This document shows positions 49,050 through 61,780 of a stretch of 64,000 nt of DNA, one piece after another. The notes under the pieces are model-generated. The model did no database searches, had not been told where the DNA came from, and was given only the letters and a program-made list of their open reading frames with translations. Position numbers and translations under genes: made by a program. Each line of letters opens with the position of its first letter. The first letter of the stretch is position 1. The stretch is from Hemiscyllium ocellatum (taxonomy: Eukaryota), in the NCBI RefSeq assembly GCF_020745735.1, contig NC_083430.1, positions 28,262,909-28,326,908 on the forward strand, in the 5' to 3' direction.

Positions 49050-49870
49050 TCATAGTTATACAGTTTCAAAGAGGCCCTTCAGCCTATTAAGACTGCACTA
49101 ATTTTTTAAAAATTACCTGTCTTCACTTCCCACTTTCCAGATTTGACCCATAGTCTTCAATGTTATGAAATTTTAAGTGCTCATCCACGTACACTTTTAA
49201 AGCCTGTTGTTTTGTGACTCAACTACCCTCCCGTGCAGTGTATTCCACATTGCAACCATCCTCTGGGTGCAAATGTTTTCCTCTAATCCTCCTGTCTTTC
49301 ATCTTAAAAAATGCCCCTCGTTATTGATGCTTCAAATAAAGAATCCAACTGGTTCCGTCTGCTCTGTCCATGTCCATGACAAGCTTATACATGTCAATTA
49401 GGTCACCCCTCAACTTTCTTTGTGTTAAGGGAAACAACCTGAGTCTATTGCACCTTATTTCATTGCTGAACCATTCCAACCCAAACAAAATCCTAGTGAA
49501 TCTCCTCTGCACCCCATTGAGTGTGATCATTTCTGCACAGAGGACCGTGGCTGTATTCCAACCCAAGTTTTGCACAGCTCCAACATAACTCCCATAATCT
49601 GTGCCATGACTGATCAAGCTAAGTGTCTGACACAGCTTATTAATCTGTCCTGCTGCCTTCAGAGATCTGTGGATGACCACCCCAAGATCCCTCTATTCTT
49701 CTGAGCTTTATAGTATCCTGCCACTAATTGAATACTCCCTCGTCTTGTTATTTCTTTCAGAGTACTTCATGTCACACTTACCATGGTTAAACTCCATCTG
49801 CCATTGATTTACTAACCTGATTAATCCATCTATATCTTCCTGTAACCCAAGATCACCTTCCTCACCTTGA
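49050..49870 (-). mobile_element. CR1-type LINE 3' fragment
   Basis: VQRRFTRIL..L...RLRLFPLTQRKLRGDLIDMYKL on the minus strand. Confidence 0.8.
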
Positions 49871-50309
49871 GAGAGAGGAGAGTGGGTCTAAGACTAGTAT
49901 TTTCACTCTTTAAAAAGAGCCATTATGATGGTAGGAATGCATCACTAGCTAAAGTGAACTGGCAAATGAGAATAACTCAGGGCATTGATGAGAACATATC
50001 TGGAGTACAACATACACTATTCGCTTCTTTGTTCAAGGAAGAATAGAACTATGTTGGAAACACTCCAGAGAAAAGTTCACTAGACTAATACCTGGAATGG
50101 GGGAGTTGTCTTTAGGAAAGGTTGGACAGGCTCGTGTGTGTCTGTTGGAGTGAGGAGTGGCAATTTGAAATATACAAAATCCTAAGTGACTCTGGATAAG
50201 GATTGATGTGGAAAGGTTGTTTCCTCTTGTGGGACAATATAGAACGAAGGGGCACCATTTTAAAAATTAGCGGTTGGCCCTTTAAGGCAGAGATGAGGAA
50301 GGTTTTTGT

Positions 50310-51200
50310 GAGTCATGAGTCATAGTCATACAGCATGGAAACTGATCCTTTAGTTCAACATGTCTGCGCTGACAAGACATCCCAATCTGATCTAGTCCCA
50401 CTTGCCCGGATTTGCTCCATATCCTCTGAACCCTTCATTTTCATATACTCTTCTGATGCCTTTTAAATGTTGTAATTGTACTTGCCTTCAGCACTTCCTC
50501 TGGCAGCTCGTTCCATCCATACACCACCCTCTGCATGAAAACGTTGCCCCTCAGGTCCCTTTTAAATCTTTCCTCTCTGACCTTAAACCTATGCCCTCTA
50601 GTTTTGGACTCTGCTAACTTCGGAAAAAGACCTAGGTTAACTCTATCCAAGCCCCTTGTGATTTTACAAACTTCTATAAGGTCACTCCTTGGTCTCCAAC
50701 ACTCCAGGGAGAAAAGTCACATCCTATTCAGCCTCTCTGGGCAACGTCCTTGTAAATCTCTTTTGCACCCTCTCAAATTTCACAACATCGTTCCTATAGC
50801 ATGGAGACCTGAATTGTATGCAGCATTCTAATTGGGTCTCACCAATGTCCTGTACACTTGCAACATGGCATCCCAATTCCTATACTCCGTATACTGACCA
50901 CTGAAGGCAAGTATGCCAAATGCTTTCTTCACCTCCCTGTTTACCTGCGACTCCTGCACTCCGAGGTCTTTTGTTTGGCAGGACTCCCTAGGGCCCTGCC
51001 ATTTACAGTATAAGTCCTGCCCTGGTTTGCCTTGCCAAAATGCAACACTTCGCATTCATCCAAATTAACCGCCATCTGTTACCCCTTGGCTCATTTGTCC
51101 ATCTGATCAAGGTCCTGTTATACTCTGAGATAACCTTCACCACGTCATCTATTTTGGTGTCACCTGCAAAGTTAGGAACCAGAACTCCTCTCTTCATCTC
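50310..51200 (-). mobile_element. HER1/CR1 LINE 3' part, inserted into an older plus-strand CR1 tail (about 50050-50310 and 51205-51410)
   Basis: FAGDTKI, VYRTLVRP and KTRGHRFKV...WNELPEEV remnants; (gagtcat)n end at 50310. Confidence 0.85.
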
Positions 51201-52777
51201 AAAATCGCCATGGAACTCTTTCTCAAAAGCCGATGGAAGAGGTCCTGGAACCTTTTTAAGACAGAGGGAGATAAATCCATGATATGGAGTGAAAGGTTAT
51301 TGAAATTAGTTTGTAATGTCGTATAATTAGATCAACATAATCTTATTAAATTGCAGAGCAGACTTGAAAGGCTGAGTTGCAGATTCCCCTCTCCTAATCT
51401 GTATGTTCATGGTAATCGGCTACTTTTTCTTTCAAAAAGCGAAGATTGATCAGAAAGTTCATAACTTTGGATAAAATTATGAGAAGCCTAATCATAGATG
51501 AGAAGAGTCTGTTCCCATTGCAGAAGCTCTCGAACTGGAGGGCATCACTTTAAGGTGATGTCAGAATAATTAATGAAAATGTTCATAAAGTTTTGGTTTG
51601 AGTATGGAATTCTTTCGCCTGGGAATTTGATCATGACTGTTTGAAACATCCCAGCGAAAGGGAGAGAATTTGCAGGCTTTAAGGATGGTGCAGAAGAGTG
51701 GAATTCACTGAGATATTTTTGTTTTGGACACAGGGGAAAATAATTAAATGCCATGAGCACTGCCTTAGTTAAACTTTTTGACAGTGGCCTTCCCTTCCAA
51801 CATTTCACTGTTAAAAGCAGAAGGGAAGAAAAAAAAAATTTTTTAAAGCTACTTGGTATTGATGCGCCTTACAAAATTCAGATACATTGTGTGCACAAGC
51901 ATGAACAATAAAATTCAGCCGACAACATCATTCCGACAAATATCATTGTTATACCCATAGGCAAAACCTTTGGGAGAAGCTGAGGTCTTGAAATAAAGCT
52001 AAAAGACAAAAAAAGAGAACTCGAATGATTTCTGCATTTAACTATGCATTTTTTCCCAATTGTTTTAAACATTAGAAATTCAAAAAGTATTTCATGATAT
52101 TTGTTGGCATCTGGTGATTAGGCTGTGCAAGCTGGTGGCTGGATCGGGCAGTTGGTGAGCTGTTTCTGTATGTTTTCCACTTATAAATAAAGCTATGATA
52201 AATGGGAATTAGCAGTGTCCTGTTTTGAAGCAGTTTTATTGGTTTATCCACACTGTTTGAGTTGATTTGTTCTGATGTGAATTATACATTGAATTTATAC
52301 AAGGGAATAAGTGCAAAAGAATCTCACATAATCTTGCATTTCTTGGTGGGTAGTAGGTTTCCTTTACGTTATCCAATAGAAAAATATGACTTATCTTCAG
52401 TGTTTCAATGATCCGTTGGGTATAGCTGTAAACACAACTTCTGACGATCCAACTGATGTTTTTCTTCAGCTGTAGTAACATAAATGATTTACTTATTTCC
52501 AACATTCTGTGGTGGCTTTATAATCCTACTGTACCACTGAGCGAAATGTTCTTGTTTAATATTTGTGCAATCTTTCTCATTATGGGAATTATTTTATCTT
52601 GTGTACAATTGATGAGGAATTACAATCAGTCGTACTTAATGTGATTACTGTTACAAAATTAAATACTATATTTTGACAATGTGACAAACATAGCAAGTAC
52701 CAGACTATTGCTACATTGAAATTTGACTTGTTTTTTTTCTCTCTCTACAGGCAGTTGTCTTCAATAATATTGTAGCC

Positions 52778-52919
52778 ATGGATAGGAGGTTGGAAAGTTT
52801 CCTTGTCCCTGTGACCTCTTCTGTAAAAATTGGAATTTTACTTCGTTGGACATGTGTTTCGAATCTTAAGTTCCTGTTGTATGGCTGCTTTTGTCTGACC
52901 ACATTGAATTCATTTACTA
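52778..52919 (+). CDS. KIAA0319L: KIAA0319L (AAV receptor) first coding exon; the exon starts at 52751
   Basis: Long pyrimidine tract plus cAG at 52750, Kozak gccATGG, A|GTAAGT donor; 47 aa MDRRL...LYGCFCL aligns without gaps to recalled human MEKRL...FYTCFCF; head-to-head with NCDN as in human. Confidence 0.8.
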
Positions 52920-55900
52920 GTAAGTTATATCATTCCATCAAATCGTCAGCTTTAATTGCAAAGCAAGCACTTTTCTGCCAGAATCTTAATTCAACCCAGT
53001 TTACATTGTATGACCTATTAGACTTTGTAGTATTCAGTAATTTCTTGGTGGTACTTACATTTTTCAACCTGTGATTCCGACTTAATAATAATTTTAGAAT
53101 TGTTATTTGAAGGATATTTGAAGAAAAAAATGCTTTTGCTCTTTTAAGGAAAGGCTATGGAAAATAACTGGCAGTAACACATACTGGTCTTTATGGTTAG
53201 TGCATATGCTGGTCTCTTGCATATATTCATATCCCCCAATTTTTATTGTTCAAATATTTGTATTTATTCCTCTTGCGTCTTAGCATTTCTTAGTTGAATT
53301 GAGCCAGTGTATTGTTAAACTGCTTCCAGCACTCTGCCGTTGCTGTTATGTTGTTCAATAGCTGTGTGAACCCGTTAAGAGACTTGGTCAATATGGCAAA
53401 TGTATAGTATACGGCACATGAAATGTCTAAAATGATATTTAAGTAACAAGTGGACACTTCTGCATAAAATGAATGTTAAAGCTGCATTTGTATAACTTGC
53501 AGTTGGATCCTGGAGTTCTTTAACTGTGTTACATTGGAAGCTGTGTAATTCATTGCATAAGCCTGTAGAAGTGAAATTTGAAATCAGGAACCTTAGAAAT
53601 GGAACAACTTTTTATTTTATTTATACTGATATGGAAATTGATTTGAAAATATTGGAATGGCTTTAGAAAAACCAACTTCTGTCGACTTTTGAGTCTTGGG
53701 TTTAGTAATGTGAGGGCCTGATATATGCTCTGGGATTTACATTTGGTATGTACAAGTATTCTTTTATTATTGGCTTGTGTCATTTCAATATCATTATTTG
53801 TCAGTGTGTTTCTCCTACCTGAAATTATTCAAAAGCTCATCTGTTTCCAGTGGGGAAGACAGCTGGGTGCATCCTCTTCATGCAGTTCAACTAAGATGAT
53901 GACATTGGGTTCTGTTCTAAATACCACATTTGCTGATTGGGAAGTGTGCTAGTTATTAAACTTCCCAGTTCCTGATAATTCAGTTCAAAACTGTAAACAT
54001 GAGACAAACCAAAGATCAAGTTTCAGGTCTTAGCAAATTAAGTATGTCGTGTTCATAATACATTTTGTTCTGAGTTTTGAATACATTGTCAGTAATCTTT
54101 TGGCTCAGCATTAAATTAGGGCAAGTGAGAAAAGAAATCATTTGAGTGGTAGTTTATGTTTTTTAAGTTGTTGATATTTGTAGTTTTGATTTCCATTATC
54201 AGTTGTTAAAAACTTGATTTGTTTTGTGTGTCGTGTATTTTTTAAGCAAAGCTATCCATCCACTTATGAAAGGACTTTTAATCCTTTAAAAGTATTACTT
54301 GTAAAGAAACTCATTCAACACTTATATAATTTTTCTTACTATGAAAATTAATTTATTTTATTAAACCTTAGCCATTACGTGTATATAATTGGTCTACTTT
54401 CGTTTGTGATTGCCATTGTTGAATTAAACAGCATTTTCTCAATTTTATAATTGAGATTTATTAAATTTATGTTTTTAGGCATTTGGCTGGTGTGCATGAA
54501 AGCAAAATATGCTATTTGAGCTGTAGTAACGTAAACTTAATTTAAACAAAGGGGGTGGTGATACTCTGTTAGCCTTTTTTGTTAGGAACTATATTTCACT
54601 TTAATTTTATGTCTTTGATGTATTCAGTTTAGTCTTGACCTTTTTTTGCCTTCCAATTTCAGTCTGCCCACTGGTTAGGAATACTTTGTAGATAATAAGA
54701 AGAATGCTCTTTTGGAGCTTTGGAGCATTCATGATTTTATGTTTTGAAGTGTCTTTCCAAGTGACCATTTTTCATGTGTGTAAGGAGACGATGAATATTT
54801 GTAGGCAGTTTACCTTGAACCACAGTCCTATTTTAATGCAAATGCATGCATGATTGTACAGACACACTGTTACTTCCCAACCCCCACCTTTGCTGTCTCC
54901 CTGGAACTTTGGACTTGAACATTGACATTTGTTGCTAAGCATTTTAGTGTAAGTATCTGTTGCCTTGTTTTAACTCCAGTGTCAACACTAGCAATATCTA
55001 ATTAACTGACTGAATCATGTATATAATGTTTGAGGATCAGTCTTGACACGTTTACTGTCACTTGCTGGTTGCCAGCTGTCAGAATGTTGTCTGCATAGAG
55101 TACAGAGCTGAGAAAATTATACTGGATTAACTCTTTGACTCCTAAATCTCAGAATAGTCTATGTTTCAAGCGTATAAGCCATAAACTCTGGAATTTATGC
55201 ATTGAAAAATAAACTAATATAACTGGAGTTTGTTCAAATGTCATATCCGGAACATTCAAGGTATAATGTTTATTAAATGACTAATACTATTTTCAGTGGT
55301 ATGCTTCAGTCCTGGTCAATTGTAACTTGTCAGTTTCGAGCACAGCAGTCTTTAGTGAGAAATTGATTTTGTGGTCTAAATTGTGGAAAAAAAAACGTTA
55401 CGGGTATATTTTAAGAAATGATCCATTGAATAGTTTGCTGAATTTAGTCTTTGGGAATTAACAGTTAGAAATGAAAAGAGAAGTTATTCACTTTGTTTTG
55501 AGTATCCCAATTTTATTTGCCTTGCTCGAAATCAATTTATGTTTTCGAGAAAATATTTATCTACTCAGGAGTAAAACAAATATCATACGTGCACATATTT
55601 TTCATATTTTCTGACCCACAATCTATGACTATGAAAAACCTGGAAGGTAACATTTGTCTGGGATTTGAAGCGTCTTCTCTCTGAACACAGATTTTAGTGT
55701 TGTATCTGAGCTGAAGACTCAGTCAGTCAGTTCAACTGAACAATATTAATCCTTCACAATTGTTCTGTAACATTTTTTTTACTGTGAATGAATGTCATTG
55801 TTTTTCAAGTTTAAAATTTCACAGTACAATTGCACATTGATTTATATTCAAAGCTGTAGGATGGTGCAATGTATTCAGGTCAGCCTGTACCCTGAGGCAA

Positions 55901-56009
55901 TTTAGTCAACTGACTGCATGCACTGGGAGGCAAGTTACACTGATAGAATGTAACTAGCTTGATATTTATTGGTTGTTTAAAGAATGCATTGCAGAAATGT
56001 TAATGTATC

Positions 56010-56185
56010 AGAACATAGAACATTACAGCGCAGTACAGGCCCTTCGGCACTCGATGTTGTGCCGAACTGTGGAACCAATCTGAAGCCCATCTAACCTACA
56101 CTATTCCACTATGCTGTATATATTTGTCCAATGACCATTAAATGCCCTTAAAGTTGGCAAGTCTATAACTGTGGCAGGCAGGCAT
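56010..56185 (-). mobile_element. CR1-type 3' terminus
   Basis: (agaacat)2 terminal repeat followed by acaggcccttcggc hairpin tail. Confidence 0.7.
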
Positions 56186-56229
56186 GGAATTGTAGACACA
56201 CGACTGATCAACACTTAAAATAACTGAAA

Positions 56230-57640
56230 AAGTATGAGTGGGAAGCTGTGTTGCATTTGGAATTTCAAAAGGCAATAAACAAGGTGCCATGCAAACTATT
56301 TATCCTAAGATAAGAACTGATGGTGCTGGAGGTAGTATTTTGGGGTGGTTAGAGGACTGGCTAATGGGCAGGAGACACGAGTTTGGGGTTAAAAGGTTCT
56401 TTTTCAGATTAGCAACCTGTAACCAGTAGAGTTCAACATGAGTCATGTGGGACCACAACTATTTAAAATATATAATCATTATTCAAAGGAGCAAAGTAAA
56501 TGTAACTAAGTCTGCAGACAATACACAGTGTTGGAAAGGCAAGTTTTAAGAGATGCATGCAGTTTTCAGAGAGACATTTGATAGGTGAAGTAAGTGGGCA
56601 GAAAGTTGGCATATGGAGTGTAATGTCAAAAATCTGCAGTTCATTTTGAAAGGAAAACCAAAAGAGGCACAGACAGATGTTTCTGCAGCCAGCAGCAAAA
56701 TATCAGAATGATGTGTTGCCTCCCTGGTGCCAGTAAGGTGGGGAGGGTGGGATCCAAGGACATAGTGAGGAAAGAGGTCAATTTGAGACTGGTACAGTTG
56801 AGAAAAGAAGCAAATCAAACAGTCACGGGTAAAACAGAAAACAAGGTAGGACTGATAAATGCGGTTTAATTTATTTCATGGCAAGGGGTCTAACAGGGAA
56901 GGCCAATGAGCTCAGGACATGGTTAGGAATATGGGACTGGGATATCATAGAAATTACAGAAACATGGCTCGGGGGTGGACAGGACTGGCAGTGTAATGTT
57001 CCAGAATACAAATGCTACAGGAAGGACAGAAAGGGAGGCAAGAGAGGAGGGGGAGTGGCATTTTTAACCTAAGGGGCAACTTTTTCACGAAGATGGTGGT
57101 GCGTGGCGGAATGAGTTGCCAGAGGAAGTAGTGGAGGCTAGTACAAGTGCAACATTCAAAAGGCATTTGGATGGGTATATGAATAGGAAGGGTTTGGAAG
57201 GATATGGGCTGGGTGCTGGCAGGTGGGACCAGATTGGGTTGAGATATCTGGTCGGCATGGATGAGTTGGACCGAAGGTATGTTTCCATGCTGTACATCTC
57301 TGACTCCATAACACAGTTATTTAAATGAAAAACTGGAGAAAACTGCCACACAGAGGAACTTTGAGGTGCATGTGCATAAAACAGAAAGCTAGTACATAGG
57401 TGCAGCAGGTAATTGGCAAGAGAAATGGAATGTTGGCCTTTAGTTCAAGGTGGTTGGAATATAAGAGTAGGGAAGTTGTAGTGCAACTGTACAAAGTGCT
57501 GGTGAGACTGCAGCCAGAATACTGTGTATAGTTTTGGTCCCCTTATTTAAGCAAAAATAATATTTCATTGGAGGCTATTTGAAGAATGTTTGCAAGGCTG
57601 ATCACCTGTACAGAGGAATCCGATTGAGACTCTGCTCATT
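56230..57640 (+). mobile_element. Old CR1 RT fragment interrupted by an internally deleted HER1 copy (about 56682-57310)
   Basis: Decayed LDFxKAFDKV / WLEDWL / SADNT motifs; the insert matches 29356-29410, 29960-30275 and the HER1 tail. Confidence 0.75.
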
Positions 57641-57650
57641 GGAATTTATC

Positions 57651-58200
57651 CATGATGTGGAGGTGCCGGTGTTGGACTGGGGTGGACAAAGTTTGAAAAA
57701 TTACACAACACCAGGTTATGGTCCAACAGGTTTATTTGGAAGTACTGCCTTTCAGAGTGCTGCTCCTTCATCAGGTCACTAGTGGGGCAGGGCCATAAAA
57801 CACAGAATTTGTAGCAAAAGATCACATGTCACGCAGTTAAAACGATATATTGAACAAAAGTAGATAGCAATCTAAGTCTTTCATCTTGTAGAATGGGTTG
57901 CAGGTTTCTGTTCAGTAATATATAAAGCCCACAACTACTTTCAAGTCACATACTCGAGATAATTTTAAGGTTTTATTTAAAGAGTGACATCTCAGCTCAG
58001 GCAATGCATTAAAGATATGAAATTAGAGTCTGGCTTGAATCAGACTGGTTCTAATTCCAAAGTCGGAATTTATGAAATGTTATATGGATTGACTGCCTGC
58101 AGGGTTGTGTGCTTTTTTGAGCACAAATAGAATATGTCTGCAAATATGATTCTGCAAATGCAAATTCACCCCATAGACTGAGATGTGTGCGCGTGCGCAT
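57651..58200 (-). mobile_element. Penelope-type pseudo-LTR family B, longer diverged copy
   Basis: Minus strand CTGATGAAGGAGCAGCACTCTGAAAGGCA near 57746-57774; terminus matches 39840-39891. Confidence 0.8.
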
Positions 58201-58229
58201 GTGAGGGGAAGAGAGGGAGACATAATCAT

Positions 58230-58530
58230 CAGTGACATGAAAACTCTCTCTAAACTCTGACAGGAAGAGCACATCACTCTACAAAAGGCCATCTTTGCTC
58301 CTTCACAATCTACAGATCCAGAAAATAGCATTGTCTTATTGTTGTTTAAAAAAAGACTGCTCCAGGCTAACTTAATACTTATGGCTTATATTTTTAAAAT
58401 TTAATCAAGAGACAGATCTAAATAAAACATATAATCAAGAAAGAACCCACTCTGCTCACTATTGTAGATTTACAGCAAGACTTTAAAACTATGCACTTAT
58501 CTGTTCCTATGCTGTGAGCTCTCCCACATA
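58230..58530 (-). mobile_element. Isolated HER1 5'UTR / ORF1-start fragment
   Basis: Reverse complement of about 28675-28990 (aaaggccatctttg vs caaagatggccttt; taatcaagaaagaaccca). Confidence 0.8.
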
Positions 58531-58609
58531 GTTTTTGGGGCCAAAGGGATCAAAGAGCACGGGGAGAAAGCTGGAACAGGGAAATGAGTTGAATGATTGG
58601 CTATATGAC

Positions 58610-61200
58610 TGTAGGACATAGGAGCAGAAATTAGGCCATTCTGCCCATCAAGTCAGCCCCGCCATTCAATCATGGCTGATCAGTTTCACAACTCCATTCT
58701 CCTGCTTTCTCTCTGTAACCCTTGATCCCCTTGATACTCAAGAACCTATCTACCTTCTGTGGCACTGAATTCCAGAGATTCACCACGCTGGCTGAAGAAG
58801 CTTTTCCTTATCTCTGTTCTAAAAGGTCCTCCATTTACGCTAAGGCTGTACCTTCAGGTTCTAGTCTCTCCTATCAATGAAAACATCTTCCCAATATCTA
58901 ATCCGTCCAGGCTATTCAGTATTCTGTATGTTTCAATTAAATCCTCCCTTATCCTTCTAAACCCCATCGAGTATAAACCCAGAGTCCTCAAATGTCCCTC
59001 ATATGTTCAGCTTTTCATTCCTGGGATCATTCTCATGAGTCTCCTCTGAACACGTTCCAGGTCCAGTACATCCTTCTGATTCGAGTCTCGAAAGTACATC
59101 CCTGCTTTTACATTCTAGTACTCTCAAAATAAGTGCCATCATTGCATTTGCCTTCCTAACTACCGATTCAACCTGCAAGTTTACCTTGAGAAAATCCTGG
59201 ACTAGAACTCTCAAGTCTCTTTGCACTTCAGACTTCTGAATTTTCTTCCCATTTGGAATTGCCACATTGACTGTTTTCTCCTGACCAAAGTGCATGACCT
59301 CACACTTACCCACATTGTACTTCATCAGCCACTTCGTTGCCCAGTCTCCTAATCTGTCCAAATCCTTCTGCAGCCTCCCCTCCTCCTCAATGCTATCTGT
59401 CCCTCTACCTATCTTTGTATCATCTGCAAACCTGAATGCCCTCAGTTCCTTCATTTAAATCATTAACGTATAAAGTGAAAAGCTGTGGTCCCAACCCAGA
59501 GTCTTGCAGAACATCACTTGTCCCTGGCTGCCATCCTGAGAATGATCTTTTTATGCCCACTCTCTGCTTTCTGCCAGACAGCCAAGCTTCTGTCTATGCT
59601 AGCATCTTGCCCCTAGCACCATGGGGCCTTATCTTATTCAGTAGCCCCCTGTGTGTAACCTTGTCAAAAGCCACCTTGAAGTCCAGGTAGATAACATCAT
59701 CTATTGGCTCTCCTGGGTCTAACCTGCTCATTATTTCCCCAAAGGATTCTAACAGATTTATCAGGCTTGACTTCCCCTTGATGAAACCATGCTGACTTTG
59801 CCCTGTTTTATCAGACACTTCCCAAGTATTCAGAAATCTCATCCTTCACAATGGATTCCAGGATCTTACCCACAGGGTTATCTAATTAGTCTGTAATATT
59901 CCATCTTCGGCTAAATTGCCTTTTTAAACAGGGGTGTCACGTTAATAATTTTCCAGTCCTCTGGGATTCTTGAAAGATCACCACTAACTCCACTGTCTCT
60001 TTAGCTACCTCCCTTTGAAGTCTAGAATGCAGTCCATCTGGTCCAGGTGACTTACCATTTTCAGAGCTTTCAGTTTTTCTAACACCTTCTCTCTGGTGAT
60101 TGCCACCATACTCAGCTCTGTTCCCTCACTTTCTTGAATTTTTGGGATAGTACTCATGTTTTCCACCGTGAAAATTGATGTGAAATAATGATTCAGTTCC
60201 TCAGCCATTTCCTTGTTCCCAACATCTATCTCTACAGCGTCATTTTTCAGCAGCCCAATGTCCACTTTTCCCTCTCTTTTGCACTTTATATATCTGAAAA
60301 ATCTCTTATAGTCTTCCTTTATGTTACTGGTTAGCTTACCCTCATATTTAATTTTCTCCCTCCTTACTCCTTTTTTTTGTTGCTCTCATTTGCTCTTTGT
60401 AAGCTTCCCAACCCTCTGGTTTCCTACTGCCCTTTGCCACATTATATGCTTTCTCTTTTGCCCTTATGCTATCCTCAACTTCCCCAGTCAGCCATGGTTG
60501 CCTCATCCTTCCTCTACCATGCTTCTTTTTCCTCAGAATGAATTTCTGCTATGTCTCCTAAATTACTCCCAGAAACTCCTGCCATTGCTGTGCCACTGTC
60601 TTTTCTGCTAGGCTCCTTTGCCAGTCAATTCTACCCATTTCCTTCCTCATGTATCTGTAGTTGCCTTTATTCAGGTGTAATACCGTTACCTCTGATTCTA
60701 CCTTATTGCTTTCAAATTGCAGGGTAAATTCAATCATATTATGATCACTACCTCCTAATGGCTCCTTCACCTTAAGGTCCCTTATCAAGTCTGTTTCATT
60801 GCACACCACTAAATTCAGTATTGCCTGTTCCCTACTTGGCTCCTCCACAAGCTGTTCCAAAAAGCCACCTCATAGATATTCCACAAATTCCTTTTCTTGC
60901 AATCCACTACCAACCTGATTTTCCCAGTTCACCTGCATATTGAAATCCCCATGATCACTGTAACTTTGCCTTTCCTACATATCTTTTCTATCTCTTGCTG
61001 CATCTTGTGCCCCAGCTCCTGACCACTGTTTGGAGGCCTGTACTTAACTCCAGCTATGTTTTTTTTTAAACCTTTGCAGTTCCTCAATTCTACCCACACA
61101 GATTATACAATATCTGACCCTATTTAATTTCTTACTATTGACTACTATTGATGTAATGCCCGCCATGTCACACCTGCCAATTTCGATCTGCGCCACAAGC
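58610..61200 (-). mobile_element. CR1-type LINE (APE + RT remnants, 3' tail at 58610), a family distinct from HER1
   Basis: ORF remnants EQAILNLVVCN..GSDHNMI, QHGFIKGKS..YLDFKVAFDKV, FADDTKIG. Confidence 0.9.
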
Positions 61201-61485
61201 TCATTTACCTTCTTCCTTTATAATGCAATCATCCTATGGTCATGTTGAATGGTAGAGGAGGCTGAAAGGGCCAAATGGCCTATTTCTGCTCTTATTACCT
61301 GCTTCTTTGTGACCATTCACAGTAAATACTGCAAGATGCAACATATCGACACCTGTTTTTGGTTTAATTATATGATACTTTCCGTCTTTCAGGACCGGCA
61401 GGGAAGAAGGAATTTTTGTTGACTTTGAACGTATATCACTACCATAAATTTGAGATGTGACTGTGCACGTTTACCTTATAGGATA

Positions 61486-61780
61486 TGGCAGCATAGTGAT
61501 TATGCTATTGTCTTATTAATCCATGAACTGAACAAATGATCGAAGGGCATGAGTTCAGATCCCACCATGCAACTGGGCAATTGAGTTCAATTAACCATTT
61601 AAATCTGCAGTGAAACTTGAGTTTTGTTGTCGAACCCATCTGGTTTGTCTTCCACGAGCAAAGAAATTCTACATTTTTGGCCTTGGACTCCAGAACCACA
61701 GTGGTATGGTGGCCCTTTGCTGTCCTCCTAAGATGGTCCAGCCAAGCCACTCAGTTGTTTACAGAAAGTTTCCTCAGATC
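61486..61780 (+). mobile_element. Second SINE family, decayed copy
   Basis: catgagttcagatcccaccatg B-box region, colinear with 17397-17748. Confidence 0.55.

Noticed and set aside
53840-53900. Acceptor-like ctgtttccag (also near 61390 and 62200) as candidate KIAA0319L exon 3
   Set aside because: The required phase hits an early stop or lacks the Cys-rich MANEC pattern; exon 3 probably lies beyond the window.
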